A stretch of 64,000 nt of DNA. Source: Anthoceros angustus (Eukaryota > Plantae > Anthocerotophyta). Position numbers and translations under genes: made by a program. Each line of letters starts with the position of its first letter. The first letter of the stretch is position 1. The DNA lies in contig MU008159.1 of the NCBI GenBank assembly GCA_010909165.1, forward strand, positions 930,001 through 994,000. Direction: 5' to 3'. Shown here piece by piece: positions 1-11,822 of the stretch. A model generated the notes under the pieces. The model searched no databases. It was not told the DNA's origin and worked only from the letters and a program-made list of their open reading frames with translations.

Positions 1-210
1 GCGATACCTCGAATCATGCAGTCTTGTAAGATGAGTACAAAGCTTGCGTCGCAATTTCTTAGAGGATTATGCTCTTACTTGGTGGAGGACTTCGTTGAGA
101 GCGTAAGACAAGGCAATCCTTGAGCCACAATCTTCACATGGGGCGGACTTCAAGCGTGCAACTCGTTCCAACCCAGCTAATGCGGAGTTTGGCCTTGAAG
201 GATGCTTATC
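1..210 (+). pseudogene. 5' part of gag of the host chromovirus-like Ty3/Gypsy element, interrupted by the nested element and resuming at 12358
   Basis: Reads across frameshifts as ..RYLES..LASQFL..YALTWWR..WADFKR..PANAE..LKDAYRA, the N-terminal half of a retrotransposon gag; the continuation (GTLREYVSEFSSIVLQCPEM) begins right after the LTR end at 12357. Confidence 0.55.
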
Positions 211-339
211 GTGCGTCTTCAAAATTTTGTATTGTGACGAAAACCGACTTACTCACACTTCTTCAGTTTCACCGGCCTTGCAAGGGAAAAGAGGGGCTGC
301 TTTGTCCAAACAAAAGAAAAGTGCTAAAATTCTACCTAT

Positions 340-835
340 GACCGGTGCACAGCTCATGTCTTGATGCTCACTCCGATTCGAGAAAATTAAAAGGCTGCCC
401 TACGGCCTAGAGTGATAAGTCCCGAACACGCACATTACACACATTGCCACAATCTTGGCGCATACACACAATAGGTCTTTGCATTACGGCCTAGAAATTG
501 ACAACAACAAAATTGCGTGTTATTGTTCCTCCTAGGGACTTCGACAAGCCTTCCACCGCCGCCTTGGTCTTGTGCTCCATAACCGCCTTGCAACCACCTT
601 GCGTCGGGATAGTGGGCACCACACTCTTGGTGCATCCTCTTGGATTGGAGTGATCATGTGCTTTCTCCCACGGTGTGTGAGAGGAGACTGGCCCAAGCTT
701 GGCCATTTTGCGGGTTATTTCCGACTTTCTGTTTAAGGGCATTTTAGTAATTATCGGTACCAAGATTAAACTAAGCTAACAAAACCTACTTGCTAAGCCC
801 TAGCTTCTAAGAGTTAGTTCCTAGCATCGGTTTCA
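340..835 (-). repeat. 3' LTR of the DNMT-Gypsy element (termini not intact)
   Basis: Near-identical to 11835-12335 (GCTCA..ATGTCTTGATGCTCA..CATCGGTTTC). Flanked on both sides by a ~130-bp repeat (~208-340, ~841-975). Confidence 0.8.
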
Positions 836-1184
836 CGTCGGTCGTGCGTCTTCATCATTTGTCGGTATGAAAAACCAAGCTTGCTCACACTTCTTCTGGT
901 TTCACCGGCCTTGCAAGGGAAAAGAGGGCCTGTCCGAGCCAAACAAAAGAAAAGTGCTAAAATTCTACCTATACCCCGGTGATGGGCAGGAAACAATCAA
1001 AAAGAAAGAAACAAGGCATACGCAGCGTCTGAAACAAATGCCACATGGAACCAAGAATGAGGCCAGCAAGAATCCTAGAACTCCTGACCGCATTCACAAT
1101 GGAAAGCACAGGTCGTCTAGCAAACAAAAGGTCCACACAATTCCATCACACCAACATCACATGGTGTAAAATCAAGCAGTCATC

Positions 1185-1330
1185 CACGCATTTCCAGCAC
1201 ACTTTGCACAATACGAGTTGCTCGAGAGCGACTGCGGCGGAGGGTAAGGCAAAACAAATGAAAACCCCATTGCATCATCCGGAAGCATAAGCTCCTCATC
1301 ATCATCCTCCCACAAACAGCACGGGTAGTG
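1185..1330 (-). CDS. PHD finger (C4-H-C3) at the pol C-terminus, frameshifted in this consensus
   Basis: Rebuilt across indels: YP(C)AVCGRM.DEELML.(C)D.CNG.FHLFCLT.P..AV....YCAKCAGNAW. AVCG, GFHLFCL and YCAKC are read directly. Confidence 0.8.
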
Positions 1331-1399
1331 CGGTGGAATCCAGCTGTTGTTATCAACATGGGGTCCAAATTAGGTAAGTGGCGGGCGCAGTTCTTGGTA

Positions 1400-2340
1400 T
1401 GGTGCAATAGTCCTACCATCGAGCCTGCAAAATCAGCACTCCATTGGGCTAACTTCTCGCACCCTCGGCACATGTCTGCTGCTAGCGATGTCAAGGTGTC
1501 CACAGTTTGCCTTTGCAAGTATCGAAATCCCCAATGAATTTCTTGACTTGGGCTGAATGACCACTGCTGGTGTCGCGCAGTAAGGAATCCGGTCTTGAGC
1601 TATGTTGAGGTTGGCCATAGCCATTGGCATAACTGCCGAAATATGCCGCTCCCCAATCACTCGAGCCCATGTGGCGGGATCATCAATGCACCACCTCAGC
1701 ATCTTCTTAGCTATTGTACTCGTGGCGGCTCACGACCAAAAGCAAGAAGTAAGGGAGAAGTGTGCCAAGGCGCATGTTTACTCATGCGGTAGCCCATAGC
1801 GATGTAGGCGGCATGAGGTCCCAATCCTCCTTTCCACGCAAGCATAACTTTCTCACTTTTGATGGTGGACCATCCTTTCGCCAGCCATCGGCGAGGATGG
1901 TCCACGCTAGTCCGCTTTGTGATCGATAAGCGCAACATCTAAAAGGTCACGAAATTCCCTCTAAACTCGAGCCACAGTCGGTCGGGCACTCGGCACGGCT
2001 ACAAACGGCTAAAATTGCAAAAATGCAGGGCGTGCTTGAGGACTTATCGATAGAGCCACAACCTCCACCCATTTGGAGAAATGCTCCATCATGACAAGTA
2101 TGTAGACATTGCCTCTCGGCGTCCTAGTCAATTCTCCAATGAGGTCGCAGACCCGGTGAAGAACAAGCCCATGATGGGCGGAGGGTGGAGAACCGGGTCT
2201 TTGCATAGTAAAGGAGGCCTTGACTCGGTCACAAGGCTCACTGAGCCACTGTTCTACTTTTGTGCATCCCATACCAATAAAAATGAGGTGTGAGCGGTAA
2301 GTCCGCTTCACACCAAAGTGACCATGTCGTGCACGTGTCA
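1400..2340 (-). CDS. Integrase (HHCC zinc region, DDE core, C-terminal region), frameshifted
   Basis: HF(G).KRT..CDRVKASF; DLIGEL..TPRGNVYILVMMEHFSKWVEVVAL; MAMANLNIAQDR; VREV..HHTKNCA.HLPNLDP. Confidence 0.85.
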
Positions 2341-2689
2341 GTCGACCCTATCACGGTGGTGGCACCAAGCGCTCGACACCATTGCCCGACTTGCGAATCA
2401 TGTAGCCATCACGCCAATAGTCTTTGTTCGCTGCACACCTGTTCTTTTCGGTGGGTCCAGGCCTCGTCCATACTTAGTGCAAATCTTGAAGAGCATTCAC
2501 ATCTTCCCAAATGTCCTTTGCATTAGGGTGAGCGAAAACAATCATCCAAGGCGGTCATGGCAACAAGGGTGCAACGCCAGATGACATCGGCACCAATCTC
2601 CTCCTCATGGTCCCCTAGCCTCGGTGACATCACCGGTCATCCGGATTTCTAGATAGCATGTCGCATTTTGGTGTGTCACTCCTCGGCTG

Positions 2690-3930
2690 TGCTCCACAAG
2701 GAAGTCATAATCTTGAAGTATCATGGCCCAGGCCACTTCCCACTCAATTTTGTGTTAGTCATCAGCCATTTCAATGGGCGATGATCGATCACTAACAAGC
2801 TGACCATACAAATATGGGCGGAAGTGGCAACGGCCCAAAGCACGCGAGGCACTCCCCTCATAGCTGTGGTGGCCTCCGCTCGGTTATTACTCCTCGAGGC
2901 ATAGCGATCACGCGCTCCTTGCCTGCTCATCCTCTTGTGCAAGCACCGCCCCAAGTCCCTGCTCAATCGGTGTGTAACACAAATGGCTTGCTAAAATCGG
3001 CCTAGCCATGGTGACCTGGTCAATTGCTCCTTCAACATGTCAAAAGCTTGCTGCGCCAACTCATCCATGCCCATTCCACGTCTTTCCTCAACATGTCATT
3101 CAAGGGTTTATGAATTGAAATTCGAATGTAAACCTATAATAGTTGCATAACCCAAGAAAGGCACGCAAGTGACACGTTGGTGGGCTCCTTCACTGCGGGA
3201 TAGCTGTACCTTGGTGAGTGGGGCATCACCCGTTAGGCACGATTATGACCTAAATATGCCACCGTGTTCATTCCAAATTCACATTTGGACGGGTGACATG
3301 TGAGCTCTGCCTTCCTTAGCCTACGGAACAGCTCCTCTAAGTGTGCCGGTGATCCTCAAAGGCGATCTTGTGAACCAGACGGCCACGTCGATATAGCACA
3401 ACAAGTTGGCACATCCGGTAAAACGGATCCATCACCCGAAAAGTGGCGGGTGCGTTCTTGAACCGAATGGCATCACCAGCCATTCCACAGCTGGGACCCG
3501 TGAAGCGGTCTTCTTGATGTCCTCTTACGCAGCGGAATCGTTAAAACCACATCGAAGGTCCAAAGTAGAAGAGAAGGCAGGCGCCCAATCTTGTCAAATA
3601 TCTCCTCCGGTCGGCATTGGGTACCGATCTGCGGTGACGGCATTGATGGGACGATAGTCCCCACATCCGTTCTCCGTCCACCCTTGGCATCCTTCTTTAA
3701 GCGGCATGACGATTCTTTGCGGCATAATCGGCCTCGGATAGCCGGATAAGCCACCTTCAAGAAGCTCACGACACCTAGCATCGACCATCTCCCACTCCGT
3801 CTTGCTCAACCGGCGCGGTAGATGGGCTCACTGCTGGTCGAGTTGATCCAATCTGATCACATTGCGGCGCTTGAGGTCCTTCATGGTAAAAGCGATCCGA
3901 TACTTGAGCGAGAGTGTGGATGCGTGTCTT
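2690..3930 (-). CDS. Reverse transcriptase and RNase H, frameshifted
   Basis: CGDYRPINAVTADRYPMPT, VMPFG, YIDV(D), CHPSKCEFG, FLGLCNYYR; RNase H GLGAVLAQ..YASRSNNRAE..DHRPLKWLMT. Confidence 0.9.
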
Positions 3931-4164
3931 ACGCATCTGCTCCATCCCCATGCGCCACGGAAAGTCTCGGCATTTAGCTTAGGCTTTGCGGGACTGGATC
4001 ATCTAAGCGCTCTCTGGGAGGCGGAAAAAGCACGGGGCGCCACGGACTGCTCCACCCCACGCATCCGGCCGGAAAAGGCATGTATGCATATCCGGAAAAG
4101 GAGATGATGAAATGGACACATCTTGGCGATGGGCTGCATGGCCCAGCGTGAAAAGCCAAGCAGA

Positions 4165-5030
4165 CTCACTAACCACGTGAGTGCGTGAACATCCATGGCT
4201 CGCCTAGAGCACGCTTGGTGGTGTATGTAGTAGGGCTGCAGAATGGGTGAAAGCCCATAATGCGTTCGCTCCGGCCGTGGGTTCCTCCCACTGCTGCGTG
4301 TTGGTGTTCAACAGGGCCGTCCCTCACTGTAAGCGAATGAACTGGAAAGCTAACGGTGTGGGCGGTCTGCAGCCGGTGTGTTGGTTTTGAACCAAGGCGC
4401 ACGCTCACGTAACAAGCTGGGCTGGTGATGATCCTCCGGCCGATTGAAGGCTGCAGGACGGGTCCCTGTGTGCCACGCAGCCGGTCTGCGCGAGGCGGGG
4501 ACCAAGTTGGTCGATAATTCCTCGGTGAGCAAAGCGCCCACAGGCGCATCTAACGGGATGGGAGGCCCGGCATAATCTTGAACCACGCCATGTCTGTTGC
4601 ACATGTGCTCTGCAAATTGCGCCGGTGTATTCTCAAGGAGGTAAGCACACGCGGGTTGTATTCTTGAGCCCATGTGAGGACTGATGTAGATCCTGAGCGA
4701 CCACAGGCGTGCATCTTGTAGACCAGCTCCATGCCCGGCTTGGGAGAACCCACAGCATTCCGGCCGAATCACCATATCCACATTTCCCAAGGCACGAATG
4801 TGGCCTTCTTGAATGTAACGGACATCCTGCGGTAGGCGGTGAAAGCACGTGATAGGCCTCCAAGGCGATTCTTTGTGGAAAACGCTCATGCAGCCCTTGC
4901 GGCTGAACTCTGCGATACGGCGTCTTTGTGACATCATTGTCACAATACACGTATCGTATGGACACCCGATCAAGAGAGCCTCCGGCCAGTCTGATCCCGC
5001 CAAAGAGTTCTACCACCGTCGGTCTGAACG
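4165..5030 (-). CDS. DNMT3-like C5 cytosine methyltransferase domain, duplicate copy 1
   Basis: VVELFGGI (motif I), ECCGFSQAG (IV), YLLENTPAQF (VI), ERIMGF (IX), ALGEP/AMDVHALTWLV (X). Confidence 0.88.
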
Positions 5031-5070
5031 ATGGCGCCCATGTAATCACATTGTGATCCGGCCTCGATCT

Positions 5071-5830
5071 TGAGTGGGGCATCACCCGTTAGGCACGATT
5101 CACCTAAATATGCCACCGTGTTCATTCCAAATTCACATTTGGACGGGTGACATGTGAGCTCTGCCTTCCTTAGCCTACGGAACAGCTCCTCTAAGTGTGC
5201 CAGGTGATCCTCAAAGCTGATGATGTGAACCAGCACGTCGTCGATATATCACAACAAGTTGGCACATCCAGCCAAAACCAGATCCATCACCCGCTGAAAA
5301 GTGACGGGTGCGTTCTTGAACCCGAATGGCATCACCAGCCATTCCCACAGCTGTTGGGACCCGTGAAACGCGGTCTTCTTGATGTCCTCTTCTGCAACGG
5401 GAATCTGGTTAAAACCCCGAAGGTCCAAAGTAGAGAAGAAGACAGAGCGCCCAATGCTGTCAAATATCTCCTCCGGGGTCGGCATTGGGTACCGATCCTG
5501 CGCGGTGACAGCATTGATGGGACGATAGTCCCCACATCCGTTTTCCGTCTACGCCTCATCGCCCTTCGGCATGAGCGGCCGCAGATAATCGCCGGCCGGC
5601 GGATAAGCCACCTTCAAGAAGCTCACGACACCTAGCATCGACCATCTCCCACTCCTTGCTCAACTCAGCGGTAGATGGGCTCACCGGCCGTCGTTGATCC
5701 AATACGTCACATTGCGCTTGAGGTCCTTCATGGTAAAGGCAAAGCAGTCCTGATACTTGAGCAGGAGAGTGTGGATGCGTGTCTTCTGCCCATCTGTCAG
5801 TCCATCCCCCATGCGCCACGGGAAAGTCTC
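5071..5830 (-). CDS. N-terminal part of RT, duplicate copy within the 1.86-kb tandem duplication
   Basis: ORF 5249-5485 MPTPEEIFDSIGRSVFFSTLDLRGFNQIPVAEEDIKKTAF..VMPFGFKNAPVTFQRVMD; ORF 4970-5236 HLAHLEELFRRL..CHPSKCEFG. Confidence 0.9.
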
Positions 5831-6054
5831 AGCATTTAGCTTAGGCTTTGCGGGACCTGGATCATCTAACTGCTCTCCTGGCTGGCTGGAGGCAGAAAAA
5901 GCACCTGTAGGACGCCACCAGACCTGCTCCACCCCCCCTGCATCCAGCCAGAAAGGCATGTATGCATATCCAGGAAAAGGGAGATGAACTGCGGCCGGGA
6001 CACATGCCGCCAAGAGGCTGGTACCATGATGCCGCCATGCGTGGAGCGGTGCCA

Positions 6055-6905
6055 AGACTCACTAACCACGTGAGTGCGTGAACATCCATGGCTCGCCTAG
6101 AGCACGCTGCGTTGCTGGTGTAACCGTAGGCAGAATGGGTGAAAGCCCATAATGCGCTCGCCCAAAGACGGTTCCTCCCACCGCTGTTGGTGTTCAACAA
6201 CAGCCCCGCCTCCCTCGTAAGCGAATGAACTGGAAAGCTAACCGTGGCGACGCCGAGTGGCCAGTGTGTTGGTTTTGAACCAAGGCGCACGCCATCGGTA
6301 ACAAGCTGGGCTGGTGATGATCCTCCAGCACAGCTTGAAGCCGCAAGGACGGGTCCCTGTGTGCCACGCAGCTGTCTGCAATCGGACCAAGTTGGTCGAT
6401 AATTCCTCGAGCGGTGAGCCGCCCACAGGCGCATCTAACGGGATGGGAGGCCCGGCATAATCTTGAACCACGCCATGTCTGTTGCACATGTGCTCCAAAT
6501 TGCGCCGGTATTCTCAAGGAGGTAAGCACACGCGGGTTGTCTTGAGCCCATGTGAGGACTGATGTAGATCCTCAATGACTCAGGCGTGCATCTTGTAGAC
6601 CTCCATGCCCGAGAACCCACAGCATTCCCGGCAATCACCATATCCACATTTCCCAAGGCACGAATGTGGCCTTCTTGAATGTAACGGACATCCTGCGGTA
6701 GAGCAGTGAAAGCACTGTGATAGGCCTCCAAGGGCAGTTGCTGTGGAAAACGCTCATGCAGCCCTTGCAGCCTGAACTCTGCAATACGGCGTGCTGTGAC
6801 ATCATTGTCACAATACACGTATCGCTGTATGGACAGTCCAGTCATCAAGAGAGCCTCCAGCCCAGTACAGATCCCGCCAAAGAGTTCTACCACCGTCAGG
6901 TCTGA
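6055..6905 (-). CDS. DNMT3-like C5 cytosine methyltransferase domain, copy 2 (better preserved)
   Basis: ORF 6435-7112: LTVVELFGGICTGLEALLMTG..YVYCDND..PQDVR..VDMVIAG, then (W)ECCGFS, YLLENT, PLDA..AHRSRNY.TNL, AMDVHALTWLV. Motifs I, II, IV, VI, VIII, IX, X are in canonical order. Confidence 0.92.
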
Positions 6906-7269
6906 ACCAGTAGGCGCCCATGTAATCACATTGTGATCCAGCACTCGATCTTGAGTGGGCTGGTTAACACCTGAATCCAACAAGTGCATCACTGCACTCT
7001 GTCTCTTGCATGCTGCAACAGCGCGTGAGCCTACTCGGATGATCAGGTTGTGCAAGGGCATGTTGCAAGCCTGTGAGATCCATGGGACTGGGAATGGCGT
7101 CATCGACTTCAAGATTGTGCATCTTGCTGGTTAGCATCTTGGACTAGCTTCACGGCATTGCACGGGCTCCTTGCTAGCATGGCACACCACTAACGTGGCG
7201 ATCTGTGGCCCACCACCGCAAGTCAAGGGAATATGTGCTAAGCGCCGTCCTCCTGCGCGGTCAGCCGAT

Positions 7270-7560
7270 AGAAGGCTCCGTCAATTATCCACTCCCTCGC
7301 CGGTGGGAAAAGAAACTCATCCTAGCGGTCGTAGTTTGTGGCCGTGGTCACCAAGCACGGCAGAGACATGGTCATGGCATCCGATGAGCTGGATTCAATG
7401 TGATGTGCACAGCTCAAGTCTCGCCACACAGGCTCCACGGCCCAGGCGTGCGGATGTTCCATGGGGATTTGCAAGTGCTTCTCCACGCAAACCAAGCCGT
7501 CTTGCCGGCCGCCTATAATGATGGCGCCCATGTCCGCAACACCACCACAGGTGCACGGTA
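7270..7560 (-). CDS. Aspartic protease (degenerate)
   Basis: VVVL.DMGA..IIG near 7510-7550 (DTGA-like) and downstream ATNYD...GMSF; expected position between gag and the rest of pol. Confidence 0.5.
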
Positions 7561-8099
7561 GTTGGATGACCCGTCCTCTCGGTTGTCTACCACTGCGTTA
7601 CTCACTCGCATTCCTGTTGGTAGGTGGATGCGTGGATGCTCCAAGGACATGGAAATTCATCATCGGTCATTTGCAATGGAAGGCATCCACGGGCTCGGCT
7701 GAATTTACTATGGTGATCCGGAAAGGAACAAGTCCCCGGACTACCAAATCTCCGGCACATGAGCAGCGGTGACTTCCAGTCTGCGGCGATTCTTTGAGGC
7801 GTTCTGGTCATGCCCATGTCCGCAAGGACATTAATGGTGCTGCAACAACCGTCGCCAAGCTCATGTGTGACCAAAGGGGCATCATGTACAATTGCCCTAA
7901 GCGAGGGCCCTCATCTCTGCATTGGCTCTGTCTTGTCACCGGAGTGAAGATGTATCCTGCCCGTAATGGGATGGCGGTTCAGTGTGAGGGCATAAAGGAT
8001 TGAGGCATTGCTGCCCTTGCTCCTCATTGCGGTGATGGGCCCCGCATTTGCTAACACGATGTCAGGCAGCCAAGATTAATGGCATGCCCAACCCATGTA

Positions 8100-11000
8100 G
8101 GCACATCTTCCCTTAGCTTGTCACGAGGCAGCAGGCTACATCAACACCTCATGTGGGTGTCCATAATCTTCTCCATTGTTTCATCAGAACCGGCTCTGAC
8201 CGCTGAGGCTTAGCTCCACCAGCTTTCGAGGCTGGTTGTAAGCGTGCCGCACCGCCAAGGCAGCCACCGTGGCCTCCAGCGTCATCTTGTCGCGTTTGCA
8301 ACCTTGGCTTCGCTTTCTCCTCATTGCTTGCTCTTAGAGTCCCAGTGCGAGTTGCTCCTGTCTTGGTCTTGATGCTAGTAGCATCTCCGGTGATGCCGAC
8401 TCGTATCTCCTCTCGGGTGAAGTTGAAAGCACACGGTGCTCACATGACCATTCTTTTGACAATGAGTGCAAAGAGGCCTTGGTGGGCACTTGCAATTCGG
8501 TGAGATGTGCTCGGATCGCCACAATGGTTGCACATGGTGGCAAGTGCGGTAGATCGCCTGCTAGCTCGCCTTGGTAGCTGGTGTAGTCCTTGAAGAAGTT
8601 CCCCGTGACACCCTTGCTTGAAAACATGCCTTGATAATGGTGGAAGGCCTTGGAATGCTTGGAGGAGAAGGCGGAGTAAGCAATCTCTTTCTTCTCCGCT
8701 TCCTCATGTACTGCTGCAAAGTATAGGCATCGCCATACTTATCCACAAGTGAGGACAACTGGAAATGAAACGGTGATCACCCTCAAGTGTGAGGAATTTC
8801 TCCATTGCTTGGTGAGCATGCAGGTCCCATCTCGCAGCTTTTGCGACCCTCACGGAAACACATCGGGACTCTCCCTTTCCGGCGTGCAAAGCTTGCTCCG
8901 CAATCTTCTCGGGAGTCTTGAGTGGAAAAGCCTTCTCGAGGATCTTCATGAACTCTTCCACGGGGTTGGCATATTTGGGGTGTGTATGAATTCATCAATC
9001 CCTGCGTGGTCATTGTCCTCTCTGTGGCCGTGAGGAGGCATCACGGTGGGTGGCGGCAAATGGCGCGGCATGCAGATATGGCTGGTGGGTGTCACCCGCC
9101 CACTTGGCATTGTAGGCCATCTGCAGTGCCCTTGGAATAATGGATTGGAGGCAGTAGTGGTTGAGGTCGGCTCACTTGGTGGGCTTCATACAAATCCAGG
9201 CCTCATCACCATGTATCTTGATAGTTCGAACATGTAGAGGTGGTTATCACAGCCCCATGTTTGAACTTGACCCTACTAATTGCCTCATTGACTCGCAGCC
9301 TAAAATCCCTCAACGATTGTGTTCTGGCTGAGAATTTCTCACCGCCATTTGGCCCTCCTTCCATCGTGTCGAATCACCGGGGTCCTCTTGCCTGGGTCTT
9401 ACATGATAAATGCGGGAGCGAGCCACGAGGAAAGGCCTAATCCCGCCCTCCGGTGCACTCCCACCGCACCTGGCCCCTGCTCCTCCTTATCAGTCACTGC
9501 ACAAGGTGTAAGTGGGGACCAGCTAACCCTAACGGTGCAAAGGATCCTTGTCCGGGCTCACTTACCTGGTAGGTCCTCTAAGGACAAATCTTGGCCGTGG
9601 TGCCCTTCTCCTTCTCACGAAAACCACAGGCGCACGTCCCTCGTTCTAAGCGTGCCCACTGTCTTTGCCAAGGCGACCGTGGCCTCCGGCGGCGTCATCT
9701 TGTCCGCGTTCTTGGCGCCCTCCCTCATTGCTTGCTCTTAGAGTCCCAGTGCGGGAGTTGCTCCTCTTGATGCTAGATGTAGCATCTCCGGTGATGCCGA
9801 CTCGTATCTCCTCGGGGTGAAGTTGAAAGCACGGTGCTCACATGACCATTCTTTTGACAATGAGTGCAAAGAGGCCTTGGGCACTTGCAATTCGGTGAGA
9901 TGTGCTCGGGGCGCCACAATGGTTGCACATGGTGGCTGTAGCGCGCTACGATCCGCCTGTTTGCTCCTTGGTAGCTTATGGTGTAGTCCTTGAAGAAGTT
10001 CCCCGGCACCCTTGCTTGAAAACATGCCTTGATAATGGTGGAAGGCCTTGGAATGCTTGGAGGAGAAGGCAGATAAGCAATCTCTTTCTTCTCCTTCCTC
10101 ATGTACTGCAAAGTATAGGCATCGCCATACTTATCCACAAGTGAGGACAACGGTGGAAGTAAACGGTGATCACCCTCAAAGAGGAATTTCTCCGCTTCTT
10201 GGAGTGCAGAGCATGCAGGTCCCATCTCGCAGCTTTTGCGACCCTCACGGAAACACACATGTCTCCCTTTCCCGTGCAAAGCTTGCCGGCTCAATCTTCT
10301 CGGGAGTCTTGAGTGGAAAAGCCTTCTCGAGGATCTTCATGAACTCTTCCACGGGGTTGGCATATTTGGGGTGTGTATGAATTCATCAATCCCTGCGTGG
10401 TCATTGTCCTCTCTGGCCGTGAGAGGAGGGCATCACGGTGGGTGGCGGCAAGTGGCGGCGATTACTGCGAGATATGGCTGGTGGGTGTCACCCGCCCACT
10501 TGGCATTGTAGGCCATCTGCGGTGCCCTTGGAATAATGGATTGAGGCGGCCGTAGTTGAGGTCGGCTCCGCTTGGTGGGCTTCATACAAATCCAGGCCTC
10601 ATCGACCATGTATCTTGATTTGTTCGAACATGTAGAGGTGGTTATCGCCATGTTTGAACTTGACCTACTAATTGCCTCATTGACTCGCAGCCTAAAATCC
10701 CTCAACGATTGTGTTCTGGCCCGAGAATTTCTCAGCCCTGCCATTTGGCCCTCCTTCCATCGTGTCAGAATCACCAGACAGGTCCTCTTGCCCTGGGTCT
10801 TCTGTGATAAATGCGGGACTGACGAGCCCTGAGGAAAGGCCTAATCCCAGCCCTCCAGCAGGTGCCTGCACTCCCACCGGCACACTGGCCCCCTGCTCCT
10901 CCTTATCGGAGTCACCTGCACAAGGTGTAAGTGGGGACCAGCTAACCCTAACAGTTGGTGCAAAGGATCCTTGTCCGGGCTCCTGTTCTGCTGGTAGGTC

Positions 11001-11156
11001 CTCTAAGGACAAATGCTGACGCCGTGGTGCCCTTCTCCTTCTCACGAAAACCACAGGCGCACGTCCCTCGTTATAAGCGATGCAGTGGGCTATCTCCCTC
11101 TTCACCGGTGGCATGCCCCATGTAATCACGCCCTGAGTCAAGGAAGCCAGCATCAA
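8100..11156 (-). CDS. gag with zinc knuckles; contains a 1.4-kb tandem duplication (8239-9646 / 9647-11073)
   Basis: EKFSGQNTIVE, MEEFMKILEKAFPLKTPE; CNHCG and CTHCQKNGHVSTV(C) knuckles. Confidence 0.7.
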
Positions 11157-11822
11157 TTGTCAGTGCGGAGGAAAACCTTAGCTGCGGTCGTGTGAAACAC
11201 AAACACGAACACGCCCGTGCAACTCGGATCCTCCCCTGACCTCAAGCTTTTTTAGATGCCTCACTCACGCGAGAATCCTCAGCCTGTTCAGCGACTCACT
11301 CCTCGTGCTCGTGCTGTACAAGACCCAGCACCTACCCCGCAGCAAGAGAAGTGTTGGCTGCACATAGCCAAATTCCCCCAACTAAAAACCCTTAGTGATC
11401 AACTTCTCCCAGGCATTCAGTCCCTGTTTCTCACTCGAAAGTAGACAAAAATGATACCAACGGATTCGTCTCAACGAGGCAAACAAGATGGTATGCAAAT
11501 TGAAAGCAATACTCGTGTGGCGATCGCTATGAGCTCTGGACGGCCGTGGAAACTTGCTGCGGTTGAGACATGGGAGGACTCAAAAATTATGAGAGGGCCT
11601 TGAGTTGTGCGGCGCGGGCACACAGCTGGCCTGGAAAATCCCGCACCCAGCACCCACGGTAGTAAAACCCAACAAGTCCTGCGGCAATCGACCATGCACG
11701 AAACCCTAGCAAAATGCACACCACGTCAAGCCCATAGGCGGGGTCAAGCTGCGAGCCGTAAGTGCAGACTCCTCCATGCTCCAGGCCAAGGCAGAATCAA
11801 GTTGAATGCTTCTCGGCGATTG

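Noticed and set aside
4165-6905. Bacterial restriction-modification or phage methyltransferase, or contamination
   Set aside because: Embedded between protease and RT within LTRs; motifs are DNMT3-like; no endonuclease partner or operon structure.
3215-6951. Element natively encoding two DNMT domains
   Set aside because: The second DNMT and the partial RT are one tandem duplication bounded by TGAGTGGG; native architecture has one.
11452-11459. TGGTATCA (minus strand) as a tRNA-Met PBS for the DNMT element
   Set aside because: About 360 bp from the LTR end and not followed by GAGC.
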